Source: an uncultured Oscillospiraceae bacterium
Lineage (GTDB): Bacteria > Bacillota > Clostridia > Oscillospirales > Oscillospiraceae
Length of the DNA: 64,000 nt
Direction of reading: 5' to 3'
Assembly (NCBI GenBank): GCA_944385275.1
Contig: CALWWP010000020.1
Span: forward strand, 198-64,197
The notes under the pieces: model-generated
What the model saw: only the letters and a program-made list of their open reading frames with translations
What the model was told of the DNA's origin: nothing
The model's database searches: none
Shown here: piece by piece, positions 50,003-58,084 of the stretch
Numbering within the stretch: position 1 is the stretch's first letter
Layout: each line of letters starts with the position of its first letter
Program-made: the position numbers and the translations under genes

Positions 50003-50044
50003 AAAAACCTCCTGCTTCAGCAGTGAAGCAGGAGGTCATTTTTT
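50003..50044. terminator. bidirectional intrinsic terminator (small ORF on +, iorB on -)
   Basis: ACCTCCTGCTTC-AGCAGT-GAAGCAGGAGGT 12-bp perfect stem flanked by AAAAA upstream and TTTTTT downstream. Confidence 0.88.
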
Positions 50045-50633
50045 ACCGTCCCTGTACGGCCTTGACTCCGGCGCGGAACGCCTGCAAGTTCACATCTACA
50101 GTTTTGGGCGGTACCATAGATGCTATCAGCGCTTCCCAATCGATACCGTTCAATTTGAGAGACTCCGTCAGAGCTCCGAGAAGGCAAATATTCTGAGCGC
50201 GGATATTTCCTATGGATTCCGCTATTTTACTGGCGGATACGACGAGTACGTCTCCTACAGCTTTTTTCAGTTCCTCTGCCGCTTCATGCGGATATGACTG
50301 GGCTCCTGTCAAGACCGGCATCGAATATATTTCTCTGTCGTCCATGACTATCTTGCCGCCCTTTTTCAAGTACGGCAAGGCGCGGAGCGCCTCTACCTTT
50401 TCAAAAGCGACTATTATGTCCGCTTCTCCGAGACCAATATTGGGAGCGTACACTTTATCTCCGTAGCGCAGCTGAGTATTTACAGTCCCGCCTCTTTGGC
50501 TCATGCCGTGTATCTCACTCATTTTGACATCATAGCCAAGCTCGACCAATCCAGCTGAAAGTATCTTTGTCGTCAGTATAGTACCCTGTCCGCCGACTCC
50601 CGTCAAAAGAATATTAGTCGTCATATCATTCAC
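50043..50633 (-). CDS. iorB: indolepyruvate:ferredoxin oxidoreductase subunit beta
   Basis: 196 aa with N-terminal LLTGVGGQGT (pyruvate/ketoisovalerate oxidoreductase gamma-like domain). 8-nt overlap with the iorA stop. Confidence 0.85.
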   Translation of the reverse strand: MNDMTTNILLTGVGGQGTILTTKILSAGLVELGYDVKMSEIHGMSQRGGTVNTQLRYGDKVYAPNIGLGEADIIVAFEKVEALRALPYLKKGGKIVMDDREIYSMPVLTGAQSYPHEAAEELKKAVGDVLVVSASKIAESIGNIRAQNICLLGALTESLKLNGIDWEALIASMVPPKTVDVNLQAFRAGVKAVQGR

Positions 50634-52401
50634 CCGCCTTTGTTATCGCGTTGACCTTGCACATCTGAGCGCACAGTCCGCATGCCGTGCATCCGTCCGG
50701 ATCCGCAATAACTGCTTTTCCGTTTTCAAAAGCCATGGCCGGACATGCAACCTTCATGCAGAGTTTGCATCCAACGCACTTGTCCGCGTCAATGACACAG
50801 TGTGCCCCGGCATTCGCCCTTGCTACTTCTTTTATGAGCACGCAGGGACGCCTTGAAACGATAATAAATACTCCGTCAGACTTTATGGCAGCCTCTATAG
50901 CGGAATCTATTTCTTTCTGGTCTACAGGATCCACTACTCTGACATTTTTATCAGAAATCCCCGTCGCCTTAATTATATCGGTGATCTGGATGCTTGGCAC
51001 CTCATATCCCATTACATCTTTAGACGTCCCCGGATTATCCTGATGTCCAGTCATAGCCGTTATACTGTTGTCAAGTATGCACAGACATACATTTGCCTTT
51101 GAATGGACTGCGTCCACAAGGCCGGTTATTCCCGAGTGGAAGAACGTGGAATCTCCCAGCATTCCAAACACTTTTCTCTTGTCTTTTTGAGCTTCCAGAG
51201 CTTTTGCGAGGCCGATAGCGGAAGAGAATCCCGAGCCCATGCATATTCCTATGTCAAATCCAAAGAACGGCGCACTCGCACCCAGCGAATAACAGCCGAT
51301 ATCTCCTACTGCTACAAGGTCCTTCTTGTGCTTCCCAAGCGAATAATAGAAGCCTCTGTGCGGACAGCCCGCGCACAAAACAGGCGGACGGTCGGGAGCG
51401 GTCAGTGCGCATTTCTCAGTGGATTCTCCGCTCTCCTCAATGCCAAACGCCCTGCGTATGATCTCGGCGTCAAGCTCGCCCTGACAGGTCACTACATCTT
51501 TTCCGAGGCAGTTGAAGCCAAGTGCTTTCACAGCGTTCTCAAGGTAAGGCTCGCCCTCTTCAACGATGTATATTTTATCCATTTTCCCGCAGAACTCGCG
51601 GATCAGCTTTGCGGAAAGAGGATATGTAATTCCAAACTTCAGATATGATACGCTGTCTCCGAAAGCCTCTTTGGCATGCATATAGGAGATGCCGCTGGTA
51701 ACGACACCTATCTTGCTGTCATTGTATTCGATCTTATTCAGCGGAGATGTATACGAATACTCTTCCATCTCCTTGATCTTCTCTTCTCTTATAACATGGC
51801 GTTTTCTTGCATTAACTGGGAGCATAGTATACTTAGTCGGTATCGATTCATACGGATACACTACTGCTTCGCCGCGTTCGCCAAGTTCTACGATGCTCTT
51901 TGAATGACATACTCTAGTGGTCATCCTGAGCAGCATTATAGTGTCAAATTTCTCGCTTATCTCAAAAGCCGCGGCCGCAAAGTCCTTGCATTCCTGAGAA
52001 TCCGAGGGCTCGAGCATACCCAGCTTTGCGTGGGGAGCATACAGTCTGTTGTCCTGCTCATTCTGCGAACTGTGGCAGCCGGGATCGTCGGCCGTCACGA
52101 TGACCAAACCGCCGTTTACACCGGTATATGCAGCTGAAAATATCGGGTCGGCAGCGACGTTCATGCCAACGTGCTTCATGGAAGCTATAGACCTCACTCC
52201 TCCTATAGAGGCGCCTATCGCCACTTCCGCCGCAACTTTCTCATTGCTTGCCCACATGCAGTAGACGTCGTCTTTATACAAAGACATGTTCTCCAAAATT
52301 TCAGTACTTGGAGTTCCGGGATAAGCCGCCGCCAAGGAAACTCCGGCTTCCCATGCGCCTCTCGCTACGGCTTCATCTCCGCTCATAATCACTTTCTTCA
52401 A
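50626..52401 (-). CDS. iorA: indolepyruvate:ferredoxin oxidoreductase subunit alpha
   Basis: TPP-dependent 2-oxoacid:ferredoxin oxidoreductase domains plus two C-terminal 4Fe-4S motifs (CVGCKLCMKVACP, CTACGLCAQMC). I prefer TTG 52401, 5 nt after GAAGGTG, giving (M)KKVIMSGDEAVARG. The track ORF opens at 52464. Confidence 0.88.
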   Translation of the reverse strand: MKKVIMSGDEAVARGAWEAGVSLAAAYPGTPSTEILENMSLYKDDVYCMWASNEKVAAEVAIGASIGGVRSIASMKHVGMNVAADPIFSAAYTGVNGGLVIVTADDPGCHSSQNEQDNRLYAPHAKLGMLEPSDSQECKDFAAAAFEISEKFDTIMLLRMTTRVCHSKSIVELGERGEAVVYPYESIPTKYTMLPVNARKRHVIREEKIKEMEEYSYTSPLNKIEYNDSKIGVVTSGISYMHAKEAFGDSVSYLKFGITYPLSAKLIREFCGKMDKIYIVEEGEPYLENAVKALGFNCLGKDVVTCQGELDAEIIRRAFGIEESGESTEKCALTAPDRPPVLCAGCPHRGFYYSLGKHKKDLVAVGDIGCYSLGASAPFFGFDIGICMGSGFSSAIGLAKALEAQKDKRKVFGMLGDSTFFHSGITGLVDAVHSKANVCLCILDNSITAMTGHQDNPGTSKDVMGYEVPSIQITDIIKATGISDKNVRVVDPVDQKEIDSAIEAAIKSDGVFIIVSRRPCVLIKEVARANAGAHCVIDADKCVGCKLCMKVACPAMAFENGKAVIADPDGCTACGLCAQMCKVNAITKAGE

Positions 52402-52488
52402 GTCCACACCTTCTTTTAAGAATTCATCCTCTTTTGCCGATCTGCGAACCTGTGAGTATCGCAAAACTCAACTGTTAAAACAACTGTA

Positions 52489-52517
52489 ATTGTACCATAG
52501 CGTCCTTTTAAATTCAA
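52489..52517 (-). promoter_or_regulatory. sigma-A-type promoter of iorAB
   Basis: Minus strand TTGAAT (52517-52512), 17-nt spacer, TGgTACAAT extended -10 (-10 hexamer at 52494-52489). Confidence 0.6.
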
Positions 52518-52612
52518 TGCTTTTTTGCGGAAAGATAAAGCCGGCAAATAATTCAAAAATGTATTTTTACCAGCTCTTCAAATACCTATCCGCCTCATAC
52601 TCCCACTTTTGT

Positions 52613-52641
52613 TCATATCACAGACTGATCCCGCATAGGAT
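52613..52641 (+). promoter_or_regulatory. possible sigma-E-type (mother-cell) promoter of spoIIID
   Basis: TCATATC (52613-52619), 14 nt, CATAGGAT (52634-52641). This resembles the sigma-E pattern as I recall it (ATATT-type -35, CATACA-T -10). No sigma-A-like promoter is seen here. Confidence 0.35.
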
Positions 52642-52688
52642 GACTTAGGTCCTGTGCTCCGCACAGTCGGAGCTATCAGCTATCGGGA

Positions 52689-52946
52689 GTGGTATTTTTG
52701 AAAACCAATATTGAGCAGCGTGCCTGCGAACTGGCGCTTTACATTATAGAGAACCGGACAACTGTCCGCGCGGCGGCAAAGCAGTTTGGGATATCCAAAT
52801 CAACGGTACATAAGGATCTCTCTGACCGTCTGCAGAGCATCAATCCTTCGCTGCACAGTCAGGTAAAGGCTATCCTTGACCGCAATAAAGCCGAGAGGCA
52901 TATACGCGGCGGGGAAGCTACGAGAAGGAAATACAAAGGAAATTAG
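52689..52946 (+). CDS. spoIIID: sporulation transcriptional regulator SpoIIID
   Basis: 85 aa. RTTVRAAAKQFGISKSTVHKDLSDRL..INP and RHIRGGEATRRKY closely match SpoIIID. Start is GTG 52689 or TTG 52698, 9 nt after GGAG. Confidence 0.9.
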   Translation: MVFLKTNIEQRACELALYIIENRTTVRAAAKQFGISKSTVHKDLSDRLQSINPSLHSQVKAILDRNKAERHIRGGEATRRKYKGN

Positions 52947-52980
52947 GAAAACGGCGCTGAGCTCGGCAGCTACATAATGC

Positions 52981-53035
52981 GAGGTGCCGTGAAGAAAGCG
53001 GGCGAGATGCCGTAGGCACCTCACCCGCTTTATCC
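52981..53035. terminator. terminator-like structured region between convergent spoIIID and the coat gene
   Basis: Two mutually exclusive pairings: GAGGTGCC(52981-88)/GGCACCTC(53015-22) and AAGCGGG(52996-53002)/CCCGCTT(53024-30). Flanks are T-rich on both strands. Confidence 0.4.
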
Positions 53036-53043
53036 GTATTCAG

Positions 53044-53322
53044 CTAATTTGCGGACAGGAACTTCTGTCTCGCGTCGTTTATTTTTTGCTGTTCAGCCGG
53101 TTGCGTCTGATACCATCCCCTGCTCTGCATATCGCAGAACAAAGTGGCCTGTATCCGATGCTCATCATCCAAAATGTTCAGGAACGAACTGCGCAGCTGT
53201 TCGTTGACACATTCGCCGGCATAGGTGTTGTAACCTGACGCTATCTGCTTCTGACTGCTCAGGCAGTCGCCAAGCATCTCTTTTTCTCCCAAAAATCTAG
53301 TGCAATCATTTGGATTAACCAT
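53044..53322 (-). CDS. spore coat protein, CotF (Coat_F) family
   Basis: 92 aa. LGDCLSSQKQIASGYNTYAGECVNEQLRSSFLNILDDEH..LFCDMQSRGWY is the Coat_F pattern. Confidence 0.75.
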   Translation of the reverse strand: MVNPNDCTRFLGEKEMLGDCLSSQKQIASGYNTYAGECVNEQLRSSFLNILDDEHRIQATLFCDMQSRGWYQTQPAEQQKINDARQKFLSAN

Positions 53323-53337
53323 AGTTTTCCACCTTCC

Positions 53338-53523
53338 CTACTGCAAAAATGTCATAAGCGAATTGTAATGCTGCTGATGTCTTGAAGCTATTGAATCGAA
53401 ATCGGCGCGGATCTTTTCATCCGTACACAAGCACGCCATCGCTCTGTACTTTTTTATCAGGACCTGTTCATATCCTATCTGATCTTCCAAAGCTGAAAGT
53501 TCCTTAGTTGTAAGATTTGCCAT
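53338..53523 (-). CDS. small spore-coat-associated protein (partner ORF commonly preceding CotF-family genes)
   Basis: ATG 53523 lies 7 nt after AGGAGT. 61 aa reading MANLTTKELSALEDQIGYEQVLIKKYRAMA..RHQQHYNSLMTFLQ. It is helical and sits 15 nt upstream of the Coat_F gene. Confidence 0.55.
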   Translation of the reverse strand: MANLTTKELSALEDQIGYEQVLIKKYRAMACLCTDEKIRADFDSIASRHQQHYNSLMTFLQ

Positions 53524-53614
53524 AATAATCACTCCTTCACCGGTACATTTTAAAATGCACCGGTGATATCTTTTGCAAAAATAATTTTCTTATGCTATGT
53601 ATCCCAAGCCACTT

Positions 53615-54208
53615 TTAAGCTTCATTTTCATCCTTTTCTCTGTCTGCATTTATTTTCACTTTAAGGTATTCTTTTCCATCGATGAGTTCCACTTCGCCAA
53701 CGCTGACCAGCTGTATCGCAGGAAAATCGCTTTTCTCTTCTATGGGCACTGCGATCTCCGTGTCTCCGTCCGATTCCCTGCAGAGCACTCCCTCAGAAGT
53801 TTTCAGAACATCCATAACTGTTTCGCCCGCTGGCATCGGCACGCAGTCTTCTGCGTCCTTCCATCCGTTCGAAATGCTATGTTCTTTCCTCGTTGTCGGT
53901 AAAGTTTCCTTTTTTTCAACTTCGCAGTTCTCTGTCTCATCTCCTTCGTATAACAGTACGGCTGCCTCTGGATCCTTCACCTGAAGCCTGTGAAGCTCAT
54001 TTTTAGTAAAACTCTTTCTTATCGACAGTCTTCCCGCTTCCGGCTGCATAACTCCTATCGGCACTCTTTTGCCTTGGCATATGACTGCCAGCCTGCAAAG
54101 CTTGCCCGGGTCACGGCAGGTCCCCTCCATAGTCTGTCTAAGTCCGTCAAAGCTCACCGTGAGAGTTCCGGCAATCTCTCCTCGGTCCGTGATCGAAATC
54201 GTCTTCAT
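53615..54208 (-). CDS. hypothetical protein (197 aa)
   Basis: ATG 54208 lies 8 nt after AAGGGGGA. No recognisable motif. The middle and C-terminus are acidic. Confidence 0.45.
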   Translation of the reverse strand: MKTISITDRGEIAGTLTVSFDGLRQTMEGTCRDPGKLCRLAVICQGKRVPIGVMQPEAGRLSIRKSFTKNELHRLQVKDPEAAVLLYEGDETENCEVEKKETLPTTRKEHSISNGWKDAEDCVPMPAGETVMDVLKTSEGVLCRESDGDTEIAVPIEEKSDFPAIQLVSVGEVELIDGKEYLKVKINADREKDENEA

Positions 54209-54281
54209 CTGTGAGATCCCCCTTTGCAAAAAAAGATATCCGCGCATAGATTATGCGCGGATATCCGGATATATTCATTTT

Positions 54282-54812
54282 TTATGATACAGTATATTCG
54301 CCTCTTACAAGCACCATTGAATATTCGCTTGCCCTTACTCCATGGCCTGCAATGGTGCAGGCGTACATGTGATTCACGGTAAGTGTGCTCCCATTTTCCG
54401 CCGTGCCACCGGTGGTCATATCTATCAGGCCCGGAGTATCGGCCGCAGTACAGGCCACCGAGCCTATACGGAGCATAAGCTCCGCTCCAACTCCGCAGGT
54501 GATAGTATCTCCAGCATCAAGAGCAACTACGGAGTATGTGCTGTAAACTCCAGCTTCCTGCTCCTCTATCTTTTTTGTAAGTTCTTCTATCTTCTGATTC
54601 AGCAGAGTCTGTACTTCCGCCGCCTTGGCATCCGCGCGGGAATCAAACTCCTCAAGCAGTTCCGGAGTCAGTGTTTCGTTCAAATAGCTCAGCGTAATGA
54701 GAGGATCCTGCTTAGTTCCGAAATTCCCCGAAGCCACCGCCGCTATTCCCCACACCAATCCCACAGTGAGTACAGACGCCGCAATAATTATCATTCTCTT
54801 CTTAAGTTTCAT
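54282..54812 (-). CDS. hypothetical membrane-anchored/secreted protein (176 aa)
   Basis: ATG 54812 lies 6 nt after AGGGG. N-terminal signal anchor (MIIIAASVLTVGLVWGIAAVA), a coiled-coil segment, then a beta-rich C-terminal domain. Family not recognised. Confidence 0.5.
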   Translation of the reverse strand: MKLKKRMIIIAASVLTVGLVWGIAAVASGNFGTKQDPLITLSYLNETLTPELLEEFDSRADAKAAEVQTLLNQKIEELTKKIEEQEAGVYSTYSVVALDAGDTITCGVGAELMLRIGSVACTAADTPGLIDMTTGGTAENGSTLTVNHMYACTIAGHGVRASEYSMVLVRGEYTVS

Positions 54813-54843
54813 ATCTAACCCCTGTCAACATATGTATATTTAT

Positions 54844-54873
54844 GGGTATGCCCTCCAGAAAGAGGGCATACCC
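54844..54873 (-). promoter_or_regulatory. strong stem-loop immediately after mazF (no U-tract)
   Basis: GGGTATGCCCTC-CAGAAA-GAGGGCATACCC, a perfect 12-bp stem. On the minus strand it is followed by ATAAATATAC. Confidence 0.55.
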
Positions 54874-54879
54874 TATCAT

Positions 54880-55230
54880 TCAGCCGCTGAGACCAAAGCT
54901 CACCGCAATGGCGCTGTCGACTTTGTTCATCAGCTCGTCGTCCAGCTTGCCCATGCGCTCGCGCAGTCTCTTTTTGTCAATGGTCCTGATCTGCTCAAGA
55001 AGCACAACGGAATTTTTCGTCAGCCCGTAGCTGCGCGCCTCCAGCTCGATGTGAGTAGGAAGTTTTGCCTTGTTAATCTGCGACGTAATGGCCGCAGCTA
55101 TAACAGTCGGGCTGTACTTGTTGCCCGTGTCGTTCTGAACGATAAGGACCGGCCTCATGCCTCCCTGTTCACTGCCCACTACCGGGCTCAGGTCGGCATA
55201 ATAGATGTCTCCTCTTTTTATACCATTCAT
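54880..55230 (-). CDS. mazF: type II toxin-antitoxin system endoribonuclease toxin MazF/PemK (EndoA-like)
   Basis: 116 aa. [47 protein letters not shown].. closely resembles B. subtilis EndoA (NdoA). Located downstream of alr, as in Bacillus and Staphylococcus. Confidence 0.9.
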   Translation of the reverse strand: MNGIKRGDIYYADLSPVVGSEQGGMRPVLIVQNDTGNKYSPTVIAAAITSQINKAKLPTHIELEARSYGLTKNSVVLLEQIRTIDKKRLRERMGKLDDELMNKVDSAIAVSFGLSG

Positions 55231-55394
55231 GGCTTAGCTTCACTCTCCGAAGAAAGATATATTCGGCTACATCTCAATTTTTATTATGTAACCGTTCTAT
55301 CTTCATTCTTCCACGAAGCGAAACAAAATATACTTAAAATCATATTCTGCTCGCAGGGCTGTTTTGCCCTGTTACATTGTATTCAGTCCGACTT

Positions 55395-56501
55395 CTAAAT
55401 GTACAGCCTAGGCACTCGCTTTGATACCATAGTCATCAGCTCGTACGAAATTGTCCCCGCGAGTTCGGCCTGCCTTGCCAGCGAAAGCTTTTCACCAAAT
55501 ATCAGAACTTCGTCTCCAACTGAGCACTTGACGTCTGTCACATCCGCCATTGCCATATCCATGCAGATAGTTCCGATGATCGGAGCTAGCTCTCCGTTTA
55601 TAAGTACGCTCATTCGATTTGAAAAGCAGCGCATCAAGCCATCCGCATATCCTATGGAGAGCACCGCAACGCGGCACTTTTTCTGGCTTGTCCATGTTTT
55701 TCCATAGCTCACCGACAGGCCTGCCTGCATTTCCCTTATTTGGCAGATTCTAGTTTTCAAAGACATACTCTGTTTTAAACTAATGCCCGTCTCGCCGTGA
55801 TATGCCCCGTAAAGCGCTATTCCGGGCCGAACCATGTCGAGGCTCATCTCAGGATAGTTTATCACGGCTCCGCTGTTGGCGCAATGTTTAATTGTAAATT
55901 TTTTGCCGCTCATATCCTCAAGATCCCTGTACAGGGCAGCAAAGCAGTCGAACTGCATCTCGGTATACTCTTTGTCCGGCACATCCGACACGGCAAAGTG
56001 CGTAAATATCCCCTCTATATCCAATGCCGGCAGCGCCATTGCCTCCAGCATCTCGCGTCTCGCCTTCTCCGGCTCTGCCAACGCCATAAATCCTATCCTT
56101 CCCATGCCAGTATCAGCCTTCAGATGCACTTTCAGCCGTCTCGTACCGGCCGCCGAAGCGTAGAGCCTCGCAGCTTCCAAGCTTGGGACAGTCTGTGTCA
56201 GGTCATATTCGATAAGGCTTTCCGTATACTTAGGGTCAGTGTATCCCAAAATCAAAACCGGCGCCTTTATACCGGCCTTTCTTAGCTCCGCAGCCTCTTC
56301 TATGCATGCGACCGCCAGATACTCTGCGCCAAGCTGCTCCAATAGTCTTGCCACCGGCACAGCTCCTTGGCCATAGGCGTCGGCTTTAACTACACCCAAA
56401 AATCTGCACCCCGCAGGCAGGCGTCTGCGCAGTTCACGGTAATTATTTTCAATGGCGTCAAACGATATTTCCGCCCAGCATCTCGTCTGTAAATCTTTCA
56501 T
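55395..56501 (-). CDS. alr: alanine racemase
   Basis: 368 aa with the PLP lysine motif (GVVKADAYGQG) and conserved C-terminal beta domain (VSYG, GYADG). Confidence 0.94.
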   Translation of the reverse strand: MKDLQTRCWAEISFDAIENNYRELRRRLPAGCRFLGVVKADAYGQGAVPVARLLEQLGAEYLAVACIEEAAELRKAGIKAPVLILGYTDPKYTESLIEYDLTQTVPSLEAARLYASAAGTRRLKVHLKADTGMGRIGFMALAEPEKARREMLEAMALPALDIEGIFTHFAVSDVPDKEYTEMQFDCFAALYRDLEDMSGKKFTIKHCANSGAVINYPEMSLDMVRPGIALYGAYHGETGISLKQSMSLKTRICQIREMQAGLSVSYGKTWTSQKKCRVAVLSIGYADGLMRCFSNRMSVLINGELAPIIGTICMDMAMADVTDVKCSVGDEVLIFGEKLSLARQAELAGTISYELMTMVSKRVPRLYI

Positions 56502-56504
56502 CTC

Positions 56505-57092
56505 TTACTCCAAAACAACATTTCCAAATACACATGTGACAACGCAGCGATTTCCGCACCGAAGCTCGGCCCGCACAGGCAGATACGTAACGGCGTCAAA
56601 CCACGTGCAGAGCTCAACGTCCTCGTCTCCCGCAGCTTCGCTCCCCGTCAGATCCTGAGACAGCACAAGCGTCCGCGTTCCGTCCATCGTCTCCAAATAG
56701 CTGGACTCAACAAATCCGGAGATCCAGTTTTCGTACATAAGCGGCAGCGCCTCCAGCGGAGTTACCGAGCCGAACAGCGCTCCGGTATCGAGCTGCATAC
56801 CGTCGAACTCCATCGAAGCGGTTTCATCAGAAAACTCCGCGCGCAGTCCGGCGATCGATTCAGGCGAACGCAGTTCTATAGACGATACGCCATCTTCTCG
56901 CGCATAAACCAGTTCATAATCGTATACGCGGTCCGAATAATCAGCCGTCAGTTTTACATAGGTAGTCATCGTCTCTGCGTTTTCATATTCCAGCCTAAGA
57001 GGCTCCAACATGTCCTCCGCATTCTTCCCGTCCGTGCATCCAAACAAAGTGCATATGCACACCGCAGCCAAAGCTATCGCCCACTGCCTCAT
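56505..57092 (-). CDS. YdcC-like lipoprotein (LolA-fold-like), function unknown
   Basis: 195 aa with signal peptide and lipobox LFGC. It sits immediately upstream of alr, like B. subtilis ydcC. Assignment rests on synteny and size only. Confidence 0.5.
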   Translation of the reverse strand: MRQWAIALAAVCICTLFGCTDGKNAEDMLEPLRLEYENAETMTTYVKLTADYSDRVYDYELVYAREDGVSSIELRSPESIAGLRAEFSDETASMEFDGMQLDTGALFGSVTPLEALPLMYENWISGFVESSYLETMDGTRTLVLSQDLTGSEAAGDEDVELCTWFDAVTYLPVRAELRCGNRCVVTCVFGNVVLE

Positions 57093-57104
57093 ATTTTTTC
57101 CCCT

Positions 57105-57968
57105 TTACATTCGAATTTCGCAAAATGCTTCAGGGATAGTTTTCAATATGTCCTCAGGCGTCATTCCATACCGTCCGATGCGTCTTGCGCAAATATCTCC
57201 CGCTCTTCCGTGCAGGTATGCGGCCGAGGCCATGGCCGTATCGCAGGACATGCCCTGCGCTATAAGGCCAGCCGTCATTCCAGCCAGCAGATCTCCGCTG
57301 CCGCCCTTTGCCATTCCGTCATTTCCGGTGGAATTTATATATATTTTGCCATTGGGAGCCGCCGTTAAGCTTCGGTGTCCTTTTAAATGCGTTATCACGC
57401 CGTATTTCTTGGCAAACTCAGCTGCGGCGTAACTTCTGTCTGCATCGCGGCCTCCTCCTATGCGGCTGAACTCTCCTTCGTGAGGAGTTATGACAACAGG
57501 TCCGGAAACATTTTGCAATACATCTATATTCCCGGCCAGCGCATTTATTCCGTCTGCATCCAGCACTACCGGCACTCGTATCTCTTTCAGAAGACGCTCG
57601 ACAAGCGCATCGACGCCGCGGCTCCTGCCTAGTCCCGGTCCTATCACGCAGGCATCACATCCCTCAGCCCTTTCAATCAGGCTGTCTGCCGCAGTTTCAG
57701 TGAGCTTTCCGTCTTCGCAGGCCAGAGGGAATGCCATTGCGCTGCTGCATTTTATAGCCTCGATCGCATAGATAGCCTCAGGAACGCCGAGAAAAACCAG
57801 CCCCGTTCCGCTCCGCGCCGCAGCCTCTGCGGTAAAATAAGGCGCGCCTGTATATCCAACGCTCCCTGCTACCACAAGAACTCTTCCGAACGTGCCCTTG
57901 TGCCCGTAAGCGTTCCTTTTGGGCAGCCATTCTTTTACGGCGGATCCTGTCACTATTTCATCTATCAT
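57105..57968 (-). CDS. nnrD: ADP-dependent NAD(P)H-hydrate dehydratase (YjeF C-terminal domain only)
   Basis: 287 aa with GHKGTFGRVLVVAGS, VIGPGLG and KGGSGDLLAG motifs. No YjeF N-terminal epimerase domain. Confidence 0.85.
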   Translation of the reverse strand: MIDEIVTGSAVKEWLPKRNAYGHKGTFGRVLVVAGSVGYTGAPYFTAEAAARSGTGLVFLGVPEAIYAIEAIKCSSAMAFPLACEDGKLTETAADSLIERAEGCDACVIGPGLGRSRGVDALVERLLKEIRVPVVLDADGINALAGNIDVLQNVSGPVVITPHEGEFSRIGGGRDADRSYAAAEFAKKYGVITHLKGHRSLTAAPNGKIYINSTGNDGMAKGGSGDLLAGMTAGLIAQGMSCDTAMASAAYLHGRAGDICARRIGRYGMTPEDILKTIPEAFCEIRM

Positions 57969-58040
57969 GATATTACCTCTTTATCACCTTTTGCTATGCT
58001 GACATTATATTTCAGTCAAAAAAAATAGTCAATTTTATTC

Positions 58041-58069
58041 TTGCTATTTAAAAAAGAATGTGATATATA
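58041..58069 (+). promoter_or_regulatory. sigma-A-type promoter of the pheST T-box leader
   Basis: TTGCTA (58041-58046), 17-nt spacer, TGaTATATA extended -10 (-10 hexamer at 58064-58069). Confidence 0.6.
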
Positions 58070-58084
58070 TTGTTAAAATAAACA

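Noticed and set aside
49789-50196. Track ORFs 49816..50196 (+, 126 aa) and 49789..49989 (-, 66 aa).
   Set aside because: The + ORF reads through a strong terminator into the iorB antisense. The - ORF has no SD. The 58-aa ORF at 49824..50000 explains the SD and terminator much better.
55231-55394. Mini-ORFs in the alr-mazF spacer (19, 10 and 17 codons), considered as a degenerate or micro-antitoxin.
   Set aside because: None has an SD or RHH-like sequence, and they are far shorter than known MazE proteins. The spacer is kept as a finding (absence of an antitoxin), but none of these ORFs is called as a gene.
54697-55398. A 233-aa plus-strand ORF spanning mazF and the alr-mazF spacer, considered as a possible opposite-strand antitoxin.
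   Set aside because: It is in codon register with mazF (54880-54697 = 183), has no SD, and its translation has no antitoxin-like (RHH, AbrB or Phd) features. Artefact.
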